From NCBI GenBank assembly GCA_030527585.1, contig JAUNAL010000001.1, positions 64,193 through 128,192 on the forward strand: 64,000 bases of DNA, read 5' to 3'. The notes under the pieces are model-generated. The model was not told the origin of the DNA. It worked only from the letters and a program-made list of their open reading frames with translations, and did no database searches. Positions 53,889 to 62,898 of this stretch are shown here, one piece after another. Numbering within the stretch: position 1 is the stretch's first letter; each line of letters begins with the position of its first letter. Source of the stretch: Candidatus Saccharimonadota bacterium. Lineage in GTDB: Bacteria; Patescibacteriota; Saccharimonadia; Saccharimonadales; Saccharimonadaceae. The translations under genes were made by a program, and so were the position numbers.

Positions 53889-55532
53889 ATGCGTATCAAC
53901 CTCGAAATCCCACAAGGCAAACGCACGAGACTCTACCGTTTCCTCGAAATCCTCCCTGGGCTAATTTCATACGGCGCAATAATTTTATTGTTCATTTTAT
54001 CTTGGCTCGATCCTATTATTGGTTCAATTTATTTGTTCGCTCTAATTTCCGCTACGCTCGTTAAGGCTGTCAGCACAGCTTATCGCACCGTCCAGGGTTA
54101 TAAAGTTATGGAACGCGCTGGACGTGTTGACTGGCGAAAACGAATGGAAGACCTCGAAAACCCCCACGACGCTTACGAAAGACTTCATGACGACAACAGC
54201 AAGAGCTATCACTTCCTCGAACATCTTGAGAACTTAAAACTAATGGCCGCAATGCCAGGCGATTATCCCGACCCGACCAAAACTTTACATGTGATTATCA
54301 TGGCAGCCTATAATGAGGGAATTGAGACTCTTGGTCCTTCCGTAGAGGCTATTAAAAAGACGACCTTCCCGAACGATCGCATTATTTTTGCCCTTGCCTA
54401 TGAGGAACGGGGTGGGGAAGCGATGGAGAAAACCGCAAAACTCCTCGCCGAAAAATATAAAGGCGTTTTTAAAGATCTCTTACTCATCAAGCATCCCGCC
54501 GACCTTCCGGGCGAAATCGTTGGCAAGGGCCCAAACCTAACTTACGCCGGTAAAGAAATCGCCGATTATTTTAAGAAAAAACACCTCCCGGCTGACAATG
54601 CCATCGTCACGTCCCTAGATAGCGATAATCGTATGGCCCCAAAATATCTCGACTCCGTCGCCTACGAATTCATTACTCACCCAAATCGCCAGCACCTCAG
54701 CTACCAGCCAGTTTCGCTTTTTATGAATAATATTTGGGACGCCCCTGCCCCAACTCGCGTCATTGCCGTTTCGAACTCTTTCTTTAATGTTATTTCTACC
54801 ATGCGCCCTCACGCTCTCCGAAATTTTGCTTCTCACTCTCAACCGCTCCAGGCTCTCGAAGCTATGGATTTTTGGAGCAAACGCACCATCGTCGAGGATG
54901 GCCACCAATATTGGCGCAGTCTCTTCTTCTTTAACGGCGATTACTCCGTTCTCCCGATCCGCATCCCAATCTACCAAGACGCCGTTCTCGACGAGACTTT
55001 TTGGAAGACCGTCAAAGCCCAGTTCATTCAAGTCCGTCGTTGGTATTATGGTGCTTCCGATGTCGCTTATGTCGGCTCGAAATTATTTGTCCGCCGTGAG
55101 CGTCGCCCAGTTCCATTCCGTAAGCTTTTCCCGAAGTTCGTCCGCCTGCTTGATGGCCATATCACTCTCGCCATTCTTGCCCCAATCGTGGCTTTTGGCG
55201 GCTGGGTACCAACCGTCATGAACTTGTCCGGTCGCTCAATGGTTGCTTTTAATCTCCCGAACGTGGTAAGCGTCGTCGAGACCTTCGCATCAATCGGTCT
55301 TATCGTCTCAATTCTAGTCTCATTCCGGATGCTTCCGAAGCGACCGGCGAAATACAAAAAAGGGAAGAGTCTTTTGATGGTCGCTCAGTGGATTTTGATG
55401 CCGATTACCTCCATTCTCTATCAGTCCATCGCCGCCTACTATGCCCAAACCCGTCTCATGTTCGGAAAATACATGGAGAAGTTTGACGTTACCAAAAAAG
55501 TTATAAAAACCAGAGAGCAAAAACATTCCTAA
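53889..55532 (+). CDS. Membrane-bound family 2 glycosyltransferase
   Basis: AAYNE, GKGPN, LDSD, IVEDG, QVRRW (QxxRW), flanking TM helices. Confidence 0.9.
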   Translation: MRINLEIPQGKRTRLYRFLEILPGLISYGAIILLFILSWLDPIIGSIYLFALISATLVKAVSTAYRTVQGYKVMERAGRVDWRKRMEDLENPHDAYERLHDDNSKSYHFLEHLENLKLMAAMPGDYPDPTKTLHVIIMAAYNEGIETLGPSVEAIKKTTFPNDRIIFALAYEERGGEAMEKTAKLLAEKYKGVFKDLLLIKHPADLPGEIVGKGPNLTYAGKEIADYFKKKHLPADNAIVTSLDSDNRMAPKYLDSVAYEFITHPNRQHLSYQPVSLFMNNIWDAPAPTRVIAVSNSFFNVISTMRPHALRNFASHSQPLQALEAMDFWSKRTIVEDGHQYWRSLFFFNGDYSVLPIRIPIYQDAVLDETFWKTVKAQFIQVRRWYYGASDVAYVGSKLFVRRERRPVPFRKLFPKFVRLLDGHITLAILAPIVAFGGWVPTVMNLSGRSMVAFNLPNVVSVVETFASIGLIVSILVSFRMLPKRPAKYKKGKSLLMVAQWILMPITSILYQSIAAYYAQTRLMFGKYMEKFDVTKKVIKTREQKHS

Positions 55533-55617
55533 GGAGCCATTGAATGTTGAGGCGTGAGTGGTTCGATTCTTTAGATGAGAACCGCGAACCCACGGCTCCG
55601 TGGAATGTTTCTGCTCT
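55514..55617 (+). repeat. Structured element with the same CCTAAG/CGTGG frame but a different interior
   Basis: AGAGCAAAAACATTCC-TAA-GGAGCC ... GGCTCC-GT-GGAATGTTTCTGCTCT; provides the GT2 stop codon. Confidence 0.7.
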
Positions 55618-55654
55618 TGATTTGTGTTCCTGTTTGTGCTATTATAAAAAATAC

Positions 55655-55731
55655 GGGTGATTAGCTCAGTTGGCTAGAGCGTCTCGTTTACACCGAGAAG
55701 GTCGGGGGTTCGAGCCCCTCATCACCCACCA
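55655..55731 (+). tRNA. tRNA-Val(TAC)
   Basis: GGGTGAT...TT-TAC-AC...GTTCGAGCC...ATCACCC-A-CCA. Confidence 0.96.
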
Positions 55732-55855
55732 CATTAACGACCTCAGCAGTGACGTCGGAGATTGTATTTTAATGACCAAAAAGGTCGTTTTTTTGTTCCC
55801 GAAAAAAACATAAGCGGGTTGAAAAATCCCTAAAAATTGCTAAAATAAAAAGTAT

Positions 55856-57898
55856 ATGGGACCTACACAAAATCCGGCACCAATTAATTCTGTGCCTCAA
55901 ACTGAATCGCCAAAGAAAAAACAATATCTTGGGCTAAAAATCACACTCGCTTCACTATGTTTCACGATTGCCGGGCTCATAGCCGCCATCGCAGTTTTTG
56001 CCATAACTGGCCAGGACCAAAATAGTGGACCAGTCACTCGAACATTCATGATTTATATGACCGGATCAGACCTTGAATCTGATAACGGGGCTGCTACCCA
56101 TGAGCTATCCGGAATCGATCCCAAAGAAGTCGATCTAGAGAATATTAACGTTATTATGATTGCCGGAGGCTCAAAGCGCTGGAGAAATAATTATATTGAT
56201 GCCGACGAAACCTCAATCTACCAGCTTACCTCGAGCGGCTTTACTAAGGTTAAAACTCAAAATCTCATGAACATGGGCGAGCCAGAAACCCTAAGCAGCT
56301 TTCTCAAATATGTAACCGATAATTATAAAACCAAAGAATACGAGCTAGTTTTCTGGAATCATGGCGGAGCCCTTGAGGGAAGCGAATACGATCAGTTGCA
56401 CGGTGATGACGCATTATCTCTCCAGGAAATTACGGAAGCCCTATCAAATACCACATTCAATAAAGATAATCCCATTAATACTGTTATTTTTAGTACTTGC
56501 CTTAACGGCACGATTGAGAACGCGAATGTCTTTAAAGAGCATGCCCGTTATTTTGTCGCCTCTGAAGAGACTTCTTGGACAAGCCCGACGGGAAGCGACT
56601 TTAGCTTTATTAACGATGTCGAACTTGCCACTAAAAATGAAGAAATTGGTGATTCATTCATCAAAAATTACAAAGAAAAAATGGTCAATATGCGAGACAT
56701 GTATAATGCCTACAACGTTGATTATGACATCTACTCAACCTACTCGCATATTAATTTGACTAAACTCGATGCACTAAATAAGGCTGTTGACGAATTCTTT
56801 GCCGATATCAATGTTGCCTCGAACTATAGCTCAATCGCCAAAATTCGGAGCAACCTTCTTCAGTATGGGGTAGTGGAAAGTCATCCTAGCACATTACGCT
56901 TCGATACGGTTGATTTATATAATTTAGTTGAACAATTAAAGCCTTTCTCGCCAGACAAGGCCCAAAAAGTTCTTGATGAATTTAAAAATGTCGTTATGTA
57001 TAATTATTCGACCGATGCCGATTCGAGAGGGCTTAGTATTTATTTCCCATTTAACGGCAGTAATCGCAGTCAAGAACAATTCCTTTCTATCTATAATGAA
57101 ATTAGCAGTCTGAAGAACTACAATAAGTTTATTGAGAATTTTAACGCCACTAAACTCGCTGGCGCTTCGAACCGACTTTCATTTTCGAAAAATCATACCC
57201 AAGCAACCACGACCAGTGAAGGTGCCGATTTTGAATTAGTGCTGACCGACGAACAGCTTGCCAATTTCACCAAAGCCAATTATATGGTTTGGCGTGACAA
57301 TCATGACGGGACTTTCCGCCCTGTCTACAAGGGTATTGAGGTTGCTCTGGAAGGAAATACCTTAAAGGCTCAGATTAAAGACCGCCAACTAGTCGTCAAT
57401 GACGCCGAAGCGACTACTGATGAAATGCAAGAATATGGCGGGGGATTGCTTACTTTGTTTGAAGATGAAGTAACGGATAGTTACATTAAATATACCACAA
57501 ATGTTACGCTTACGGATCTGGATGCGGACACTGCGATTGGGATTGATTTGATTGCCGCTAGCCTAAATCTTATCCTGAATAAAGAAACTGGTGAAGTTAG
57601 TTTAGGCGAAACAACATTAATCAGTGATGGATTCGCTAGCGGAACGGTCGTCGACCTCAATGAATACGACACTATTGGCTTCGCAACAAGCAGCTACCAT
57701 ATCCAAAACGCAGACGGCTCTTTCAATGAAGACTGGTCGACCACCTCGGATGGTATTATTACCGGCTGGGAATGCGAGGTTGGGTCATGTGACTTCACCA
57801 TCGAGGATTTCGATAGCGACCAAGATTATTACTGTGTCTTCCATATCAAAGATATCAACAATAATGTTTATTATTCAAATTTAATAAAGCTAGAGTAG
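55856..57898 (+). CDS. Clostripain-family (C11) cysteine peptidase, membrane anchored
   Basis: T.MIYM.GSDLES, FWNHGG (His), FSTCLNG (Cys), VASEE, GLSIYFP. Confidence 0.88.
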   Translation: MGPTQNPAPINSVPQTESPKKKQYLGLKITLASLCFTIAGLIAAIAVFAITGQDQNSGPVTRTFMIYMTGSDLESDNGAATHELSGIDPKEVDLENINVIMIAGGSKRWRNNYIDADETSIYQLTSSGFTKVKTQNLMNMGEPETLSSFLKYVTDNYKTKEYELVFWNHGGALEGSEYDQLHGDDALSLQEITEALSNTTFNKDNPINTVIFSTCLNGTIENANVFKEHARYFVASEETSWTSPTGSDFSFINDVELATKNEEIGDSFIKNYKEKMVNMRDMYNAYNVDYDIYSTYSHINLTKLDALNKAVDEFFADINVASNYSSIAKIRSNLLQYGVVESHPSTLRFDTVDLYNLVEQLKPFSPDKAQKVLDEFKNVVMYNYSTDADSRGLSIYFPFNGSNRSQEQFLSIYNEISSLKNYNKFIENFNATKLAGASNRLSFSKNHTQATTTSEGADFELVLTDEQLANFTKANYMVWRDNHDGTFRPVYKGIEVALEGNTLKAQIKDRQLVVNDAEATTDEMQEYGGGLLTLFEDEVTDSYIKYTTNVTLTDLDADTAIGIDLIAASLNLILNKETGEVSLGETTLISDGFASGTVVDLNEYDTIGFATSSYHIQNADGSFNEDWSTTSDGIITGWECEVGSCDFTIEDFDSDQDYYCVFHIKDINNNVYYSNLIKLE

Positions 57899-57912
57899 AA
57901 GATTAGTAAGAA

Positions 57913-58713
57913 TTAAGGACGAAGGCCCATGCCGCCCTCAAGCGTAATCGTTTCGCCGGACATATATTTAAAGTCCGGCGTTGCGATTTGTACGCAAACA
58001 CGCCCAATTTCGGTTTCTGGATCCGCGTAGTGACCCATTGGCGGCATATGAACATTTGCTTTATAGGCTTCTGGGTATTCTTTCTCGAACTTCTCGAGTT
58101 GCGCCGTCCAAGCCAACGGACAAATTACATTCACATTAATTCCATCTTTGCCCCACTCGGTTGCGGCGACGCGGGACAAACCACGGATACCTTCTTTTGC
58201 TGCCGCATAGGAAGACTGCCCAGCATTACCAAACAATCCCGCACCAGACGCAAAATTAATTACCGAACCCTCAGCCTCTTTTAGGTAAGGATAACACTCC
58301 CGCATGTAATAAAATGCTGCATAAAGCCCAGAATAAAGTGCCAGATCAAATTGTTCACGAGTTTGGTCTGCCAGCATCACACCCGAAGCCGAAGCCTGGG
58401 CATTATTAATTAAGACATCAATTCGCCCGAACTTTTCAATCGTCTTTTCGACAACTTTTTTAATGCGCGCTTCCGCCTCAGCGCTATTATCGACATCCGC
58501 CTGCACGCACAAAACCTCAACATTATAAAGTCGTTCAAGTTCTTCTTTGGCATCTTCTAGTTTCTTTAGATTCCTTCCAGTTATTACTAAATTCGCCCCC
58601 TCTTTTGCATAGGCAGTTGCAATCCCGTATCCAATCGAGCCGCAGCGACCATCGGAAAGGACGGAACGCCCTCCCCCAGTAATAATCACAGTTTTTCCAG
58701 TAAATAGTCCCAT
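57913..58713 (-). CDS. SDR oxidoreductase resembling clostridial 12alpha-hydroxysteroid dehydrogenase
   Basis: TGGGRSVLSDGRCGSIGYGIA (inserted Gly motif), NNAQASASG, YAAAKEGIRGL, C-terminal TLEGGMGLRP; 266 aa. Confidence 0.8.
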   Translation of the reverse strand: MGLFTGKTVIITGGGRSVLSDGRCGSIGYGIATAYAKEGANLVITGRNLKKLEDAKEELERLYNVEVLCVQADVDNSAEAEARIKKVVEKTIEKFGRIDVLINNAQASASGVMLADQTREQFDLALYSGLYAAFYYMRECYPYLKEAEGSVINFASGAGLFGNAGQSSYAAAKEGIRGLSRVAATEWGKDGINVNVICPLAWTAQLEKFEKEYPEAYKANVHMPPMGHYADPETEIGRVCVQIATPDFKYMSGETITLEGGMGLRP

Positions 58714-58756
58714 AATATCCTTATTATAGCATAGATAATGATGTTATAATAAGGAT

Positions 58757-59683
58757 ATGCAGATTGAACTTACCCAATTTTACATCCGCCTCGGCGCGAT
58801 TGGTCTAATTATTGCACTCGGTTTTTTGCTTGGTAAATTAAAACTAATTAGCGAAAAGACTAATAGGGAATTAACTAATCTTTTACTCGTTGTTTTTATG
58901 CCGGCCTCTTTATTTGCGGCTTTTCCGACCAACTATGACGAGGCTTCGGCCGGGATTTTCTTTGCCGGCTTAGCCGGCGGCGCGCTCGTCATGCTGTCCT
59001 TAATTATGGTTTCGAAACTTATTTTTAACTCGAAGCTTTATAAGGAGAAAAATCTTCGCTATGAGTCCCAATTTGCATTAGTTTTTAATAATGCGACTTT
59101 TCTTGGCTACCCAATCGTCGCTAGCACCTTTGGTCCGCAGGGAATTTTGGCTTACTGTGGATTTATTATTGCTTTTAATATCGCGCTCTTTTCATACGGC
59201 ATCTGGCTCTTTGAACGTAAAATTTCTTGGCGCTTAGCAAGGAGTGTCATTTTAAACCCGAATATTATCGCGGTCTTGCTTGGCATGGTCCTTTTTCTAT
59301 TAAGTATTAAACTACCAGATATTGTTTCAGATTCAGTCTCCTACGTTGGTCCAGCCACTACTCCACTATCATTAATTTGTATTGGTTTCATGCTGTCCCG
59401 TGCGGAACTTTTGAAGATTTTTAAAAAGTGGCGGCTTCTTCTTACTTCACTCGTTCAACTTGTCCTGGGCCCGCTCATTACTTGGGGGCTCCTGACCCTC
59501 TTAAAGTTTCCAACGGAAGTTATTCAGGTCTGCGCTTTGATTCAGGCTCTCCCAACCGCAACTTCGCTAGGTCTCTTCGCTGTTAAATATGGCGGCAATG
59601 AAAGCGAGTCTTCTGAACTTGTGGCGGTTTCAACTCTGCTTTCGATTGGGACCATGCCTCTGATGATGCTCCTACTTTTCTAA
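58757..59683 (+). CDS. AEC (auxin efflux carrier) family transporter
   Basis: FMPA.LF, N..FLGYPI, NPNIIA, PLSLICIG, ALPTA, STLLSI.T.P. Confidence 0.9.
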   Translation: MQIELTQFYIRLGAIGLIIALGFLLGKLKLISEKTNRELTNLLLVVFMPASLFAAFPTNYDEASAGIFFAGLAGGALVMLSLIMVSKLIFNSKLYKEKNLRYESQFALVFNNATFLGYPIVASTFGPQGILAYCGFIIAFNIALFSYGIWLFERKISWRLARSVILNPNIIAVLLGMVLFLLSIKLPDIVSDSVSYVGPATTPLSLICIGFMLSRAELLKIFKKWRLLLTSLVQLVLGPLITWGLLTLLKFPTEVIQVCALIQALPTATSLGLFAVKYGGNESESSELVAVSTLLSIGTMPLMMLLLF

Positions 59684-59703
59684 AAATATAGTATAATGTT
59701 TCC

Positions 59704-60711
59704 ATGAACACACCATGGTCTTATAAGAACTCTTGGAAAAACGCCATTGATAACGACTGGTGTAGGCTAATCTTTAAACTGCAAGCACTAATCCAGATTG
59801 AAACGGTTAAATTTTACGAAGCAAGAGGGATTGTTCCGCTGCTTTTACCGGTGACAACAGGAAGTATTTCTAGTCCAATGGGCTTAGGGAGCGATTCGTT
59901 GCCTGTGCAAATAGAGCTAGATGGGCGAAAGACTTATCTTGCAGATTCGATGCAATTTTTATTGGAATATGGTTGTCGATTTTTCGAAAAAGGGTGTTAT
60001 TATATTATGCCGACTTTTCGCGGAGAGCCGGTTAACGCACGACATTTAAAACAGTTCTTTCATAGCGAAGCGGAGATCCCCGGGTCTCTTGACGACGTGA
60101 TTCAGCTGACCGATTCATACATTAAACATCTATCGGCAGCAATATTGGAAAAATACGGCGTTAAGATCCGAGAGATAGTTGGCAATACGGAACATATTGA
60201 AAATTTAATTAAAAATCAAATTCCGAGGTTTGCTTTTGATGAAGTGGAAAAAATTTTGGAAGAAAAGTGTTCGGATGATTTGAGAGAGTGTATAGAATAC
60301 AATGACGGTTTTCGTAGCATAACGAGTGCTGGAGAAAAAGCAATTATGGAGATAGTTGGCTCCCCGCTCTGGATTACCCATTATGATAAAAATGCAGTCC
60401 CATTCTATCAAAAGACAGACGAAAAATATAATGGGCAAGCCAAAAATGCTGATCTACTCTTAGGGATTGGAGAAACTGTTGGTTGTGGGGAGCGAAATTC
60501 TACAGCAAAGGAGGTAATAGAATCTTTAAGAGAACGTCAAATTTCGCCAGGAGAATACCAGTGGTATATTGAACTTCGTGAGAAATATCCTTTACAGACT
60601 TCAGGCTTTGGACTCGGGATTGAGCGATTTCTGTTATTTATTTTGGGGCATGACGATATTCGTGATGCGCAAGTAATTAGAAGGTTTAACGACGGAAAGG
60701 ATATTTTATGA
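59704..60711 (+). CDS. AsnRS-like catalytic domain without an anticodon domain (asparagine synthetase AS-AR-like)
   Basis: YLADSMQ, FRGE....RHL.QF.H.EAE (motif 2), GETVGCGER, YQWY, TSGFGLGIERF (motif 3); only 335 aa. Confidence 0.85.
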   Translation: MNTPWSYKNSWKNAIDNDWCRLIFKLQALIQIETVKFYEARGIVPLLLPVTTGSISSPMGLGSDSLPVQIELDGRKTYLADSMQFLLEYGCRFFEKGCYYIMPTFRGEPVNARHLKQFFHSEAEIPGSLDDVIQLTDSYIKHLSAAILEKYGVKIREIVGNTEHIENLIKNQIPRFAFDEVEKILEEKCSDDLRECIEYNDGFRSITSAGEKAIMEIVGSPLWITHYDKNAVPFYQKTDEKYNGQAKNADLLLGIGETVGCGERNSTAKEVIESLRERQISPGEYQWYIELREKYPLQTSGFGLGIERFLLFILGHDDIRDAQVIRRFNDGKDIL

Positions 60712-61787
60712 AAAAACCAGCGGCATTAAAAAGAGGAGATAAAATTGCGATTGTTTCGCTATCGGATGGCGTGCTTGGTGAGCCGTTTGCAAAGCACGAA
60801 GTTGTTTTATTGGAGAAACGGTTACGGGAGGAGTTTGGTCTAAATTTTGCCTATATGGATAATGCGAAAAAGGGGATTGAATACTTAAAGAAACATCCTG
60901 AAGCACGGGCAAAAGATTTAATTCAGGCGTTTACGGACAAAAACATTAAAGCAATTTGGACGGTACTTGGCGGAGATGATACGTTTCGGATTTTGCCGTT
61001 TCTAATGAATGATGAGTTTAAAAAAATTGTTCAAGAAAATCCGAAGGTTTTTCTTGGTTTTTCAGATACGACAAACAACCATTTGATGTTATATAAATTG
61101 GGTCTTTTGACTTATTATGCGCCATCGTTGCTTGCGGATGTTGCGGAGCTTGGCCCTGAGATTTTTCCGTACACAAAAGAATGGTTGATGGAATTATTTG
61201 AACCGAACACGAAGAAACAAATTGCTAGCAGTCCAGTTTGGTATGGCGAGCGGAAGAGCTTTGGTGAGGATCAGCTGGGAGTTAGGCGACCAGAATATCC
61301 AGAAAAACATGGTTTTGAATTTGTACGAGGCAAAGGAGTTGTCGAAGGAAAGTTACTCGGCGGCTGTTTGGATAGTCTTTACGAAATGCTGAAATATGTA
61401 CGCTATGATGATCAAAAGGAAATCTTTGAGAAATATCCAATCTTTCCAGAAAAAGAAATTTGGCGAGATAAAGTTTTGTTTATCGAGACGAGTGAAGAAA
61501 AACCGACACCAGAAAAATATGAAAAAATGCTGGAGGCATTAGAGGCACGAGGGGTTTTTGAAGCGATTTCTGCGATGATTGTCGGTAAACCGCAGGGCGA
61601 AGTTTATTATGAAGAATATAAAAATATTTTGTTGCGGTTTGCGGAGAAGTATAATTTGCCGTTCGTTTATAATTTGAATTTTGGACATAATGCGCCGCGA
61701 ATGGTTTTGCCGTATGGGCAAAAAATACTGATTAATTTTGATGAGCAAAAAATAACATTAGTTGAGGAGATGGTGGAGAATGGATAA
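60708..61787 (+). CDS. S66 peptidase (LD-carboxypeptidase / MccF-like)
   Basis: LK.GDKIAIVS, GGDD, FLGFSDTT (Ser), GKLLGGC, FIETSEE (Glu), FGH..P (His). Confidence 0.92.
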   Translation: MKKPAALKRGDKIAIVSLSDGVLGEPFAKHEVVLLEKRLREEFGLNFAYMDNAKKGIEYLKKHPEARAKDLIQAFTDKNIKAIWTVLGGDDTFRILPFLMNDEFKKIVQENPKVFLGFSDTTNNHLMLYKLGLLTYYAPSLLADVAELGPEIFPYTKEWLMELFEPNTKKQIASSPVWYGERKSFGEDQLGVRRPEYPEKHGFEFVRGKGVVEGKLLGGCLDSLYEMLKYVRYDDQKEIFEKYPIFPEKEIWRDKVLFIETSEEKPTPEKYEKMLEALEARGVFEAISAMIVGKPQGEVYYEEYKNILLRFAEKYNLPFVYNLNFGHNAPRMVLPYGQKILINFDEQKITLVEEMVENG

Positions 61788-62898
61788 TAAAAATCTCCCA
61801 AATGCGCTAAGCCGATTGCCTGAAGAAATTGGATGTTCTGCGCGAATGCGCCAGTATGGTCAGGTGGCACTGGACGCGCTGAAGAATTTATCAAATGCAG
61901 ATACCGAATCGCTGTTTATGGCGATAAACGAAGAGCGTGCAAAAACCGTGACTGCGCGCGAAATTCTTGAAGGTAATCGGTTTAATGTGCCGTCCAGCGT
62001 TGATGTACGTGCCTTGCATGATGTCGAAGGAATGTTTTATGACAAAATGCCGGATGTTGATTTTATTGATATCGCGCCATTGCAGCCAATGGGCCTGAGT
62101 ATGTTTTTGACTGGCACGAGCGAGAAAAAAATTGTTTCTAGCACTCGGAATTCTGAGGCGAATGCTGACCCGACAAACTCTTTATTCAGAATCGCATATA
62201 ACGAATTCAAAGATACGCCAGTTCGCATTGCGACGCATTGCCGATCGACTCGAGCGCAAAACTTTGGTGAAAACAGTAAGTTGTTGCCACATTTTAAAAC
62301 TTTTTGTCAAGTTTCTGTTGGCCGTCAAGGTTTACGTCATGGCGAGGAGGAGATAAGGTCGCTTCTAGCCCACCTAAATTCAGAATTATCAGTTTTAAGG
62401 TCTTTAATTCCAGAAGAAAATTTATCAGTTTCTGTTAGCAATGTATTATTCTCGAAAGAGTTAGTCAGGATCGGCATGCTAGACAAGGAGACCTTGCGAA
62501 AAGATATGCGAAATTATTCGCAGGAGAAATATGATGTCAGGGCTATCAAAATGCGTGATAGCGGCGAGGTCTTGCGAGTTTTGGAGGAGCAGGGCGTGCA
62601 GAGCGGAGTGAAAATTTTTAAGCTGTTTGACGAGGTCCTGAAAGAGGATTTCCCGCATTTGGTTGATAAGCTTGAGATTGATCTTAATCGAGTTGCTGGA
62701 ATGGATTATTATAAACATATGTGTTATAAGGTTGTTGGTTTTACTGAGGAAGGCGAGCCAATTCCGCTGGATGATGGCGGAACTACGGATTGGGCGCAAA
62801 AAGTTGGGGGTCGGAAAGATATTTATACAGTTACTTCCGGCGTCGGCACGGAATTATTAACTAAAAATTTCGTAAGAAAGGATGAGAATGGAAATTAA
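61780..62898 (+). CDS. Uncharacterised protein with class II aaRS-like catalytic motifs
   Basis: ADPTN.L, RSTRAQ.F.....HF (motif 2-like), R..GMDYY, DGG.TDW...SGVGTE.L (motif 3-like). Confidence 0.55.
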   Translation: MDNKNLPNALSRLPEEIGCSARMRQYGQVALDALKNLSNADTESLFMAINEERAKTVTAREILEGNRFNVPSSVDVRALHDVEGMFYDKMPDVDFIDIAPLQPMGLSMFLTGTSEKKIVSSTRNSEANADPTNSLFRIAYNEFKDTPVRIATHCRSTRAQNFGENSKLLPHFKTFCQVSVGRQGLRHGEEEIRSLLAHLNSELSVLRSLIPEENLSVSVSNVLFSKELVRIGMLDKETLRKDMRNYSQEKYDVRAIKMRDSGEVLRVLEEQGVQSGVKIFKLFDEVLKEDFPHLVDKLEIDLNRVAGMDYYKHMCYKVVGFTEEGEPIPLDDGGTTDWAQKVGGRKDIYTVTSGVGTELLTKNFVRKDENGN

